A DNA stretch of 64,000 nt. It comes from Lingula anatina. Taxonomy: Eukaryota; Animalia; Brachiopoda. The translations under genes and the position numbers were made by a program. The stretch lies in contig CM120646.1 of assembly GCA_051362555.1 (NCBI GenBank), positions 14,880,001-14,944,000 of the forward strand. Direction: 5' to 3'. Positions 39,101-51,500 of the stretch are shown here, piece after piece. Each line of letters begins with the position of its first letter. Positions within the stretch are counted from its first letter, which is position 1. The notes under the pieces are model-generated. The model did no database searches and was not told the DNA's origin. It was given only the letters and a program-made list of their open reading frames with translations.

Positions 39101-39712
39101 GCAAACATAACTGGGTGGTGTTGTTGTTGCATACCTTAAATTTGGACTTGGTATCATATGTAAACATAAATAACATATTGACCCCATTCGGAATGGATGA
39201 TCTAAGTACTTACTGATCCGCCAACTAAATATGGCTGACCACAGTTCAAAGCGATTCCTGGTGGTCTCCCCGCTTCCACACGCACCATGGCTGCAAGGGC
39301 CTAGCAATTAAACCTCAGAGCAGAGGCTTAATACTTTTAAAGACCTGTGTGGAATCGGGGAGACCATCGGGAATCAGCGGCATCGCTTTTGAACTGTGGT
39401 CAGCCATATTTAGTTGGTGGATCAGTAAGTACTTGGATCATCCATTCCGAATGGGGTCAATATGTTATTTATGTTTACATATGATACCAAGTCCAAATTT
39501 AAAGTATGCAACAACACCACCACCCAGTTATGTTTGCACCAGTCAAGTGTCACTTTGCCAGACTGTATATATCTGTTCTTATCTATCTATTCATGCAAGT
39601 AAGGATTATCTATTAACTACATTTATATTTTTTTATTATTCCAGGTCTGTTTTACTTCAATTATAATGATGTGGGACTTCAGAAGGCAGTTAAAATGCTA
39701 TGGGAGGTGTAG
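29660..39712 (+). CDS. SDHD: Succinate dehydrogenase cytochrome b small subunit (CybS), 5 exons, ~168 aa
   Basis: Exons 29660-29690, 30206-30316, 31522-31690, 32027-32154, 39645-39712. The N-terminus resembles a mitochondrial presequence (MALSLLRASRGLQRF). Motifs: WKIER, LPAAF, VHGHWGLEGVFTDYIHG, AGLFYFNYNDVGLQKAVKMLWEV*. Confidence 0.92.
30982..31206. mobile_element. MITE with TIR (aa)gactgcattcccacagattt in SDHD intron 2
   Basis: gactgcattcccacagattt at 30990 mirrors aaatctgtgggaatgcagtc ending at 31204; tgatag flanks both sides. A related copy in opposite orientation lies at ~51998-52248. Confidence 0.7.
33007..33965 (+). repeat. Tandem array of six ~162-bp satellite units
   Basis: Units begin acc/tgataacac at 33007, 33168, 33329, 33493, 33655 and 33819; conserved core gaaacttacagaactgatgaatattcataatacgcaggtcaagttcgaaaatcagc. 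Confidence 0.95.
34364..35900 (+). repeat. Tandem array of ~331-337-bp units, progressively degenerate
   Basis: Units begin tggca(t/c)tt at 34364, 34701, 35038, 35370 and 35701; they share gatggtcattatgctgt and caaacttacag. Confidence 0.85.
36201..36436 (+). mobile_element. Short Helitron2/Helentron-type non-autonomous element nested in the large element
   Basis: 5' ctctgccaagg mirrors 3' ccttggcagag; a gtttgtctgtc tract follows the 5' end; terminal hairpin gcactctcaaagtgc is followed by CTAGTT. Confidence 0.7.
36678..36843 (-). mobile_element. hAT-like MITE nested in the large element
   Basis: Ends aggggtggat ... gtccgctcctg, flanked by ttattga on both sides; homologous to 25438-25600. Confidence 0.6.
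39063..39574. mobile_element. ~510-bp foldback element with ~190-bp near-perfect inverted arms
   Basis: cagatatatacagtctggcaaagtgacacttg... is mirrored by ...caagtgtcactttgccagactgtatatatctg. The central ctagcaattaaacctcagag also occurs inverted near 50845. Confidence 0.85.
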
Positions 39713-40974
39713 ATATCTTTATTACAGATTGTACAAGACAGTGAATAGCCTTCAAATTGATGTTTTTATTTTGAAAAACATAAATGCTATAATAAATACA
39801 GTTAATATGTTGTGCAGAACTGAAAATGACAGGATACTTTGGCAGGAAAAGGAGTGCTTGCATGGTAAAACTTGAAAAGATTTTTATGACCTGTCTTGAA
39901 ATATTTTCTGCCATCTGGAAGAGGAATAGAGGCAGTACACATTTGGAAAAAGTTAGAAGTTTCTCAGAATATGGATTAAATACTCATAGTTATTGTGAAA
40001 AGGCCTCAAAAATGGATTGCAGAAGTCATTTATGGCAGTTTTTGCTTATTGCTTGCTTGTGGTCTTGATAGAGCCGAATGGGACTGGCTTAAAATTTCCA
40101 TTTAAGTTACAATGTATTCACTGCAGTTTAAATTTCATTATGGTAAAAAAATCCAATCTTATCAGTTGATAACAACATCTTTAGGTAAATGTTGCTGCTT
40201 TGATACGTTTATCTGCAGCTTAAGTCACTGTACCAACTGCAATTTATTTATAGACAAATGAAGAGTGTTAACAAGAAAACCAAACAGACATTGAAACAAC
40301 TGAAATATTTTCCAAAATGACTGAAAAGTATTTGGGATATTAAGATATTATATAAAATCCTAGGATGGTAGTTAAAAAATCTCCAAACTCATTTAAAAAG
40401 TGTTTCAAAGCATCATGCATCAGGTTTAATAATAATAAAAAAAAAGATTTGATAAAAATAATTGTCTTTGTGTTCCTGTTTATATGATCAAGACATGAAA
40501 CAGTTTCTAAAGACTACATATATAAAAAATGTGACAAGTTGACCGGAAATTACCTGTTCACCTCACATTTACCTGCTGCAAGCTACTAGAATCAATACCT
40601 GTGTGACTTGGTCATGAAATATTAATTAACTAACAAGCTGCTTTCTGACACACAGTATGAATTCATCCCCCAAAGGTTAACAGGCTTATAAATCATTAAA
40701 GTGATGGAGGAATAGTCAGGAGTATTGAGCAATGAAGGCTAGATTAATGTTATAAACTTTTTTTTCTTTTTCTAAGCATTTCGTGACGTCCTTCACCTTG
40801 GACTATGCTTAATGAGCTAGGGCATTATCAAATACCCGATTTTCTCATGACATGGCTCAGGGAACTTTTTTTCAGACTGGATAAATATATCTAACTGGTG
40901 GAATTCCACACAGTTCTGTCTTGGGAATGCTCCCTTTTGTCATGCACATTATTCATTGGTCAGAGTCCATTATA

Positions 40975-41210
40975 ATGCATCTAAAGCGTACCTATTTGCA
41001 GATGACACATTAAAATCTTTAGCCCCTTATATGATGACACTTAAATCTTTAGATCCACATATATAACTATGATGATTGCGTACAACTCCAGGAAGGCATA
41101 AATGAGGTTTATAATTGGACTAAAAGTTCACTCTCAAAACTGCACCAATATATAAAATGAAGTGTAAATCGATGCACAAGTCCAGTTCTAGGACTTCAGA
41201 TAACTATACA
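40975..41210 (+). mobile_element. Degenerate CR1-type LINE reverse transcriptase fragment
   Basis: Translates to YLFADDT..., DDCVQLQEGINEVYNWTKSSL... and KCKSMH, with frameshifts. Confidence 0.6.
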
Positions 41211-42115
41211 TGCTGGCCTCTAGTTGGGGTGGAGGGAAGTGTTTTGAACGAATTGCCCTTTTTGCCAGGAAAAAGTCCAATCTTGGTAAAATTTGCGCTA
41301 TGTGCAAGAGAGTTCCCCTGTGAAAATTTGTCTCATTTAACGTTCACTTACGGTTCTCAATCTATTCTGGAACATTTGGTATATGTATTTTATACAGTTT
41401 TAATGTTGTTCTGTAATGAATGTAAAAATTCAAGAACTGTTTTTGGGAAGCCCTTCTGAATGTCCTAGAACAGATTAAAAACATCTTATGGTCTAGGACA
41501 GGTTAAGAATCATAAGTGAGCGTTAAATGTGACAAATTTTCCCGGGGGTTTCATGGTAAAATGTCCACCCACCTCCCCCTTTTAAATTGCTGGGTACAGC
41601 CTGACATATTTCCTTATACTAGTGCATGGATCTTTAGTAAAAGATAATATGTTTATTCTTTAAAAATTGCTAACACTAAATTTTCACACTCCCTTCACTG
41701 ACTGACCAACGAACCATAAAATTTACATGATATGCCAATTAAACAATTTTGTATGTTAAAAAAACAAAAACCAAGAAATTCTACCAACCACATTAATTTT
41801 AGCAGATTTACCTATTCACGCAGCCATCCTGCATTGGCCAGATTATTTAGTAAGTGGCCTTGTTTGCGTACATAGAAACGGTGTTTCATTTTAACTGATT
41901 GGGTTGCACGTTAATTTTCATTCCAAAAAATAAAATGTTCACAAGTATTTTCAAGTGTGATTTAAGTCAATAATCCGGTTTTTGCAATGACAAACCGGCA
42001 ACTTGAGCTCACAAACGACAAATATTGTTTATGTGCCCCGAATTCGGACAAATATTATTATTATTATAAATATCCGCTTTAACTCAGCACCAGCTAGGGA
42101 AGAATGCATTGATAA

Positions 42116-42628
42116 AGGGGCCCGCACACGGTGAGCATTTGGCGCGCGCCACTTGCGCTGCGCCGTTTTCTCATCGTGTGCTGGGGTATTTTGGTGAGAT
42201 TTTTGCCTCACGCGCGGCTGAGCAAAATTTCTCACGTGTTTGATTTTTTTGGTCTCTTGAGGCAAATGTCTCAGCGTGTGCGGGGTGCAAGCGCCGATTG
42301 CTCACGCCATGCTAACAATGCGCATGTGCCAGTAGCCGGAAACAAACAAAAATGGCAGCCCCCAGCGAAGTCAACAAAAAAATGTACACAGTTATAGTTA
42401 GTCTGATTGATTAACGTGGTCACCATTATCCATTACTATCAGAAAAAACAACAATATGTAATGTTTCCTTAAACACATGATCCCACAGTTCACAGTGCGT
42501 CCGCTAGGGGCAGGCCGGGAGGCACCTCTGCTTAGCAAAGAGCGCAGCGTTTGCGGGGAGCTGAGGAGCCCGAGCATCTTGCTCAGCGCAAGTGGCGCGC
42601 GCCAATTGCTTACCGTGTGCGGGGTGCT
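42116..42628. mobile_element. GC-rich PIF/Harbinger-like MITE with TAA target duplication
   Basis: Left aggggcccgcacacggtgagcatttggcgcgcgccacttgcgctg mirrors right cagcgcaagtggcgcgcgccaattgcttaccgtgtgcggggtgct; TAA at 42113-5 and 42629-31. Confidence 0.75.
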
Positions 42629-43387
42629 TAACACAGCCCATTTTAAAGTTATTAGGCTCAATGGTTTACTGTAAAGGTAAAACTGTAACCAACTTATTCA
42701 GCGCTTATATATAGGTTGCCTCAGTTTTCGGCGTTACATATTTACGGTACGTTTACCACAGGTTAGTTACGGGTATCGTTAGCTGCTAAGCATGTAAGGC
42801 CGCAATCTATTTAAAGTAGAATGTCATGTGCAGGTAAGCTGTAATAGCCACCATACGTCATTATCAAAGAAAACTGGTAGTCATCGCTACCAGTTAAAGT
42901 CGACAATTTAGCATTTTCTTTGCGAATTAACATAGTTAGCAGACCCCACTAAAAAGAAATGGGTATTCATTGTTGCGTTTCGAGTGCTGAACTACCTTTT
43001 CAGCATCACATCGTGTGTTAGACAAGTCGCAAGTGGGTACCCTTAGTCGCAAAAGTCGAAGTGTTCTTCGCAAAACGTTTTGGGTTGGCATATATTATAT
43101 AATTCATCCATGCTTCGATCAAAGTAACAAAGGAGCTTTCATAAGAGGATGATATTATATATTTTATTGTATTTCATTTCATTTGTCATTAGCTGCTGTC
43201 ATAAAAACTACTCATGCGTGAAATCTGAACAGATCCCTTAAAAAGAAAAAAAAAATGCAGTCAATAAATAGACATGGTAACGTAGTAATGGCGTCTTAGT
43301 TACAGGGTTAGCCAGGGTGAAAATTTTCCGCGGCTAGTCAGGGTATAGGTTTGTATTAAAATACATCAGGTTAACAAAATGTGTGTG

Positions 43388-43452
<65 letters not shown>

Positions 43453-45565
43453 GGGGGGGGGGTTATCATCTATTAATTTTTTTTAACTTGTTTTTGGGCA
43501 TAAAATTGTCAAAAAGCGAAGTACTGTGCATTGCATGTGTGTTTTGCTTGGTGTACTAAAAGGATGAAAAAACTATGGGTCACTTGGCCTAGCAGTAAGG
43601 AATACCTGCTTTTGTCTTATTGAGTCTACTGTATACGTTTAAGTAGGTCTACGCCTCCCAAGTAGATAGCGGCTATGGATCGTAGACTTATTTCTAAAAC
43701 GTCTAGGCTGTCACTTGTACCCCGGTGCACAGAGATATTATCTGGGTTTTCAACGATCTCGAGCAAAATATGGGAAAGGGTTTTCAGAGACAGAGTTAGC
43801 CTTTTGGGTTTTTATGATCTTGTGGAGTTAGAGTAGGCTATATGAGCAGTTCACAATGGATCAGTAGCAGAGTGTTGCTAGACAGAGATTGCCGACAATT
43901 TCTGGTCGTGACACGTTAAACATGAACTTATACAATATAATAACTTATACAATACGGGAAATATATGTTTTTTTATTGCTTCAACATCGTGTTTGTTATT
44001 ATTATGACTGAGCGCCGATCTTCTTTTAACACTGATATAATGCACGTTGCACTGCAAGAAAGTCATTCCATAACATAATGCTCTTATGCTTTTCATAACA
44101 TATGTAATATTTATTTGGTAAAATAAGGTGAGGCAGTTAACAATGTGAGAATAATGTATATTAGAATTTACATTAGCAGCTGACCCACGTTGCGGTCTCG
44201 ACCTGGGACCTTTCGCTAGGTTTATATAATTCTCATTCTACTGAGATGACTAAAAGTATAAACTTATTGATTTAAACAAAACTTTATTAAAAAAAGAATA
44301 TATATATACTGCAGAAGGCCTAGTATGTTATATTATAATTTAAATGTAGGCTTGTAGGCCTACAACTTAAAATTTGCAGATTATAGGTTCTATATTAATA
44401 GTTATAGTGTTGTCTACCTCTTGACAATGGATAATTAATTAACCGTTTCTTATTTACCTAATAGAAATGATACACAGGGGCTATGCATAATTTATACACA
44501 TATTAGAGTGTGCCTTCTGTTTAAGTAATTTTATTTCAAAATTCATTTTCACAAGTTTTCTAGACTTAAAACTTTCTCTTTGCTTTTTTATTTTAATTTC
44601 CTTTTTTTTACATTTCTTTATTTTATAGGTTTGATCTTTATATCAATATTATTTATATTTTTTTAATGTTCTTATATGCTATCTAACTTTTTAAATCAAA
44701 ATGGAGGAATGTTGGACGTTTCATTTTGGCTGCTTTTAAATACCGTGCTTTTAACTTTTCTTTTTATTTATTTATTTATTTTTATTTATTTATTTATTTA
44801 TCATTTATTTATGACTGCAGCTGAAAACATGGCGTTTGTCCAATCTTACCATCCTCAGATTGTTGAGCAGTGCTCCAACGATGCGTTGCACGTGCGCAGT
44901 TTAGACGGTCTTGTTTATCTTCGATTCGTGCAATAATCGTTCACATGCAGGGTAGCTCGACGTTGCAGTAGGGCTTATACGACAGTCGTTGCCGAAAGGT
45001 TTTACGTTCCATCTAATCGGGACAAAAGGAGCCATCTGCATAAACAAGATTGAATGGGTAGGTGCCACGTCTTCCTGACATTTCATAAAGATACATTGGT
45101 TCTCGTTTTGGAGCTTTGGCATATTTTTCATTGTATTCAGGCATAAACTATGACATCGGAACACTAACAAATGGGCGTAGTAATGCCTACCTGTAGTAAT
45201 TGAATGTATCCAATGTCGACCACTAATAACTTAAAATGTCCCTGAAGGAAGACCCTCATATATCTGCCCATGTAAATCCTGGCTGAAAATTCAAATGATG
45301 AAAATATTAATAGAAAATGTGGTCGTTCCTTACGCTGTGAACTGCATATCTTGTTATCTGCTCTCATACACGGCCGAATTTAAACGGAAATAAGCAAACC
45401 GTAATGTTTTTTGTCATTTTGCTGCATAGATGCGTAAAGCGTATTTCATCTTGGCAAGCCCTTGTAACCCGTATGTGTTCATCTTTCATTTAGGTGGGTT
45501 ACCCTGAAAGGCGAGCTCTACACATCACCGGGTGAATTTTGTTCAAACTGACAAACTGCAAGAGC

Positions 45566-48500
45566 ATGACTAACGTGCGGGAAAACAACGACATGGGACA
45601 CGCGGATTTCCAAGCGCTCCGAGACATGGCCAACCGGATTCGACTTCACAGCGTTCGTGCAACCAGCGCTGCCGGCTCGGGGTAAGTTATATTGTCCCTT
45701 ACAGGTGAGGTCAGAGATACACCACAAGTTAGCGAGAAATTTATATACTTTGATGAAAGGGTGAAATACAAACCAAAGAGATTTCGCTTCGCAAATATAA
45801 AACGGTAGACGAGAACAATTGTTCTATAATGTATAAGGCATAGAGTAATAAAACTGCTTGTTTTTTTTTTTCCTCGTGTTAAGAGTAGTCGCACGGTTTG
45901 CGAGAGTCCCGGTTTCGAATCCCGGTCGAGCCTGGTGTTTTCTCCCCCCCCCCCCCCCCCTTAAATTGCTACAAAATGTATAAGTGTAAATAAAAATTGA
46001 AAAGAAAGCTTTTTGCACTTAGTCTGACATAGATATATAAAATGAGCACGGGTCTCTTAAAATCAGTTAAAGAAAAAGGAACAAAGTTTCTAATTTATGA
46101 TTCGCCATTGCCAAGAACGGAGACGGTCGAAAAGCTCGGGATAGTTCAGGTCGTGTCTATTCGCTTTGAAGGGCCCTTTTCACAACAGAACAAGCATTTA
46201 CAGTAGGCCTATTGGTAGGTATATCGGCAGGCCCGTAGCCAACAAATTCAAAGGGGGGTAGGCCTACTTTTTCCGAAAAAGGTGGACCTTTTTACCGTGA
46301 AACCTACTTGTGCTTTATTTTTATGTTTTTTATAAAAGACAAATAAAAACAAGGCTTGGCAGATTTAAAATCGTGTTTAATTTACCAAAAAGTGGTTAAA
46401 ATCACAACCCGTTTAGAAAAGGGGGTCGCAAAGAAAAAATGTGTAACTAGGCCTATATATTTTAAAAATCAGGAAACAATATCTTTCTCTAATGCAAACA
46501 AGTGTGAACATATAAATTATTAATATAATTTGTCATAAAATGTTGCAATTAGCAGTGTCATTTCCTTCATTTTTTAATGATTGATCAGTTTTGCCATAAT
46601 CAGTGTCATTTCCTTCAATTTTTAATGATTAAACAGTTAAGTGATACAATGCATTACATAACAGCACCAATTATGAAAACAAAACTGCATAGGTGCAAAG
46701 GAAAGTGAATGAGTATTAGCGCTTTGCTAAACCTACAAATACAAAACATACATTATAAAGAAAAAAAATTAAAAAAATTACAAAAGTGATATCATAAGCT
46801 GTAAAAGAGAGGCACTGCTGTCATATACATTTAACATTTGAGAATACTCCATCAAGCGAATAAACTGTTTCCAGCGCATTAAAATGAAGATACAAGAAGT
46901 GTATGGTATATTGTTTTTGATGTTCAAAACATTTTATCTCCCTCCGGGCATGCGAACATACAGCAACGTTTGTCTGCACATTACTGCTAGAGACGTTAAC
47001 GACGTACACAAATACGAATAGATATCGTGTTCTACAAAGTTACAGCCGATCACAACCCTATTTGCCCTATATATATCAACGATAGATATATAGCGCAGTA
47101 GATAATGTGCCTCTCGAAAGGTTTTAGAGTTGGAGTATTTTGTTAGATACATTACTATGTGCAGATGATGTAGTTTTAATAGCTTCTACCGAGGAAAATT
47201 TACAAGCTGTGCTTGCTCAGCTGTTGAAGTGGTCTTATAAATGGAGTTTGTTTGTAAACCAAATAAAAAACCAAAATTGAGCATTTCAAAAAGCCACGTG
47301 TGAAAAGGAGTAATTTTCAGTTTAATTGCAATGGGTCGGTACTTGTTTATGAAAAGTCTTATGAATATCATGGCTTAACTTTTTCAGGGACACTTTATAA
47401 AATTTCTTTTTTTTTTTTCGTTGTTGCTTTTCTATATATATGCGTGTATAACTTGTATTATCCTTGTAGGCCTACTTCACGGAGAGCATACTAGTATAAT
47501 GCTTCCATGCTCTTTGTTTCTTGTGAATGAGCTTTGTTTAAAATTGTTGCAAATATGGGCGTCATGTAACATGCTGCTGGTAGGCAAATGAGGTTCTGTA
47601 AGCGCAAAAATATAAAAACCAAGGATATATTTGTAATCCACATACGCCAAACAATTGCACCAAGCCTTTTGACACGTGTGTCTTCTTCCTGCCACAGTAT
47701 GCAGGTGTATAGAAATGTAATGATATAACAGGCAATAATTTAAAATCCGATATAGAGCTGCTAGAGAATTCTTTGGGGTACTTTACTATGAAAAAAGATA
47801 CAGGCTTTATGGTTACAAAGTATAAAAGATGGTTGCACCTTACAGGAAAGTGGAATAAGCTGGTTAACGTGAGTCATGATAAGATCACGAAACAAGTCTT
47901 CCTTAGAGCTTATGATCTGGCATAAGAGGGTAATGGTAATTGCTGTGCCCATGTTTCTTTCGTTTCATCAATATGAGAAATCAAGGACGTAAGTAGTATA
48001 TATCTACTGGTATGAAGCATTCGTTTCGTGACTTACTTATTTGTGGTTTTGGTGTTTTATTATTAAATAACTGAAGGATCAAAAGAGGTTTGACAAAAAA
48101 TACAGTACGAACGAAGAACTAGCGTTACCGCAGTATTTTCTATTAAAAATACATCAGATTGTACAGACAACAGTAATAATGAAGTAGAACTTCACCACGA
48201 TTGACGCGCGTTTTAATTTTGCTAAAGAGGTTACAAATCTACTTTTTTGAAGCAGAGATTGAGTAGTATTTGCTAATTCTGTACTGCAGGGAATTCGAAG
48301 TACACAGGAAGCAAATTGAATACATCGTTATACTCCCAGCATGGCAGATTTGAGGTATATTAAAAAAAAAAATGCTTCTGTAATACTTCTCAAAACCAAT
48401 TTTGCAGTATGGCATAACGCTTGTTTTTAAATCTGGAAATATTTCAGCAGTTGTAGGCCTACCCTTTTGTAAAATTACCAAGATAAAACTGAAGTTTATT

Positions 48501-51500
48501 CATTTATTTAATCCAAAACCATATCACTCAAAAAACAGCAAGTAGAGTTATATAAGTTTATTTCTTAATTTCGCTACAACCATCGAAGATGACAAGACTG
48601 CCTCATAGAGTTAACCGCAATATACATGAATAATTCACCTATGTGAGGCGGCTTATGGATTAACAGAATATATATACGCAAATACACATATATATATCTC
48701 TTTTATAAGGCCATCAAAACCAGACTTAGAAACAATGTATTAATTAAATCTTTTAAAAGACAAACAGACAACAGGATTTTTAACCAAACTTGCACGGGAT
48801 GTAAGCAATAGTTCAAGCCTGCCAAACAGAGCTACCTTTGCAACAATTACCGCAATGATATTATTTGATAATTGCAAGGTTGGTAAGGGGAGTAGTAACA
48901 AACAATCACTCCGTCTCCCTCTTTATGACGCTGAACCCCTCTTCATGACTCTGCACCTCTTGGAAGTTGATTGTATTTCTATCGTGCGTTTTCAACATCA
49001 GAAATTACTTGGATCAATCTTATGATTACATCTGGCATCTACCTACACATTTACTCTATGGTTGTAATGAGAAACGGATAAATGAACTGCAGCCGAATCA
49101 ATTCTTTTAGTGCTCCTCCTTACCTGCACACCAAGGAAAATAACACAATAATGTAATTTTTACGTATGAAATTCAGGCCTACTCAACTACCAGACTCGCC
49201 ACCGAATGATCCTGAATTCACCGGTAGATCAGACCACACTACCCGTTTTCAATTCAGGATGAATTCAGGATCATTCGGTGCCGAGTCTGGTATTTGGGTA
49301 GGCCTGAAATTTTCTGTCAATCAGCACCCGCCCTTACTTACTGAACTTAGTAATATATTTTACTCCAAAACTTAATTTGAGAAACCCGTAATTTGAACAT
49401 TTTTCACTGATACCATGTGAAGCTAGACTACAAATAAAATACCTATGGTGACCTCGCTCTTTAAGTTTACTACCCTGATGAATGAAACAGTGTTCCGATG
49501 CACGTGAAAATCAAACTAAGGACAATAAAAAGAACTTACATCTAAAAAGTTTTATAGCTGGAACGACTGCATTTTTTATATTTTAAGTATTTTATTTATT
49601 TTCGTCTTGTAAAGGCTACTGGATATTTCAAATGGATATTAGCCTTTTTAAAAATAAATAGTAAGTTTATAAATATGACTTTATATGAATGATATAATAT
49701 TGTTTCAGTTTTGGGCGACAAGTACAATACAACACTATAGGAACTCACGACGCCTAATGCAAAGGGGATCAATGAAAGAAATGCGCTGATTATACAGATA
49801 ATATTATGTTAATTTTTTTGAAGTAGAATTTCGCGAAGTAGTCAATAAGTAGAGGATAGAGACATCATGAATATGGCAGACCCTGAACAGCAGAAAAACA
49901 CTCAGCCTTTTATTTTCAAAGCAAAGTATACATAAATTAGAAGGCTGCTCTCGTAACGCAGACTACTTATTTTTTTGAAAATGTTTTCCTTGAGAGGCCT
50001 TTCCTTGAACTGATTAAGTGCCCTTCATCAGGGGTTGACATGAATGATATATATTTTAGGTAAAACTGCTGCAGTATTTCCTTTTTGGTGTAGTCTAGGA
50101 TCCAATTAAATCCTAGGTGAAGTTTAAGTTTGTAAGATATTGATGTTTTTTATAAATTTCGAAATGGAATTAAATTTGTGATGCTCTTCATATGTACATA
50201 CATTACCTAAGGTATTTGAGATATAGTGGCATCGATAAATGCACGGGGCAAGGTGTATGGTACAGCAAGCATACATAATACAACGAAAAAATATTTTGAC
50301 ATGTTGCCTAAAGCACCAAAGACTTGTATTGGCCTGTGGCTTTATTAAAAAAACAACAACAATCAATCTTGAATAAAATTATCCAGGCCTACCCAACTAC
50401 CAGACTCGGCACCGAATGATCCTGAATTCACCGGTAAATCGGACCACACTACCCGTTTTCAAGATGTGATTCAGTACGCATTACACAGTATCATACCCTG
50501 AACAAATTTTGAGTGGTGATGCAATGCTTTTCAACCCCGCTAAGAATCGTCACTATCACATCGCGTACTAGGCAAGAGCGGTGTCGCGTCTGATACTGTG
50601 TAATGCGATCTAATACACACCTTGGAAACGGATAGTGTGGTCCGATTTACCGGTGAATTCTGGATCATTCGGTGCCGATTCTGGTAGTTGGGTAGGCCTG
50701 TGTTAGAGCGCATTGAGAACAGATGAGCTGCGGACTTCCTGATCCGTGGACAAAATATGGCCGACTCGACATAAAAAGCAATTAACCCACTTAATCCCCT
50801 GTCTCACCGTCTCCACACGCGCCATTAAACGGATCAAATCTCGACTCTGAGGTTTAATTGCTAGTCCCCGGCAGGGACAGAGCATGTAGAGACCGGGAGA
50901 CCATCAGGGGATTAAAATAACATTCTTTTTCAAAGATTCCTAAAATTTTGCTTGAAATATTGTAAAAGTGAATCAGGATGCGAGTCTGAACGTAAGAGGA
51001 CTGGCAAAGTCAGTTGAAAATTTGACAAAGAAAAATATATTAGGTAATTGACATTGTTTTGTTAACAAAAGACGACTATTGAATTTTTTTCAGTCACCCG
51101 ACATCGTGTGCATCGATTGCTGAAATAACGTCAGTGTTGTTCTTCCATACGATGAGATACAGGGTCCAGAAGCCTCGTGACCCAAACAGTGACAGATTTG
51201 TCCTCTCAAAGGTAAGGGTAACGATTAGAAATGTTAATACAGTGCTACCCTCTACCAGGGCCACAGATAGCTTTTAACTAGGTATTCACTGATTTGTCTC
51301 TGGCAAATCCATGACACAATTGCGAACATCAAGTGAAAAATCAATTTGTGGCCCTGGTAGAGGATATACGTGAATAGGCTACAGAGGGTGACACCAGTAA
51401 TTTACTTGCTTGTATTGTAGGCCTTACTAACTCATGCCATTTACAGCGCAAGGTGCCATGAATTAGCTAAGCACATATTTGTGATTATCTAGTTTAAAAA

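Noticed and set aside
39062-39666. Two ORFs with near-identical peptides (FELWSAIFSW...) on opposite strands
   Set aside because: Artefact of the foldback inverted repeat; no coding signature.
44829-44936. Duplicated transketolase first exon (SYHP resembles human MESYHKP)
   Set aside because: Similarity is limited to 3-4 residues and the ORF ends in a stop without a suitable donor.
45880-45940. tRNA gene
   Set aside because: Only a B-box-like motif; no acceptor stem or cloverleaf could be built.
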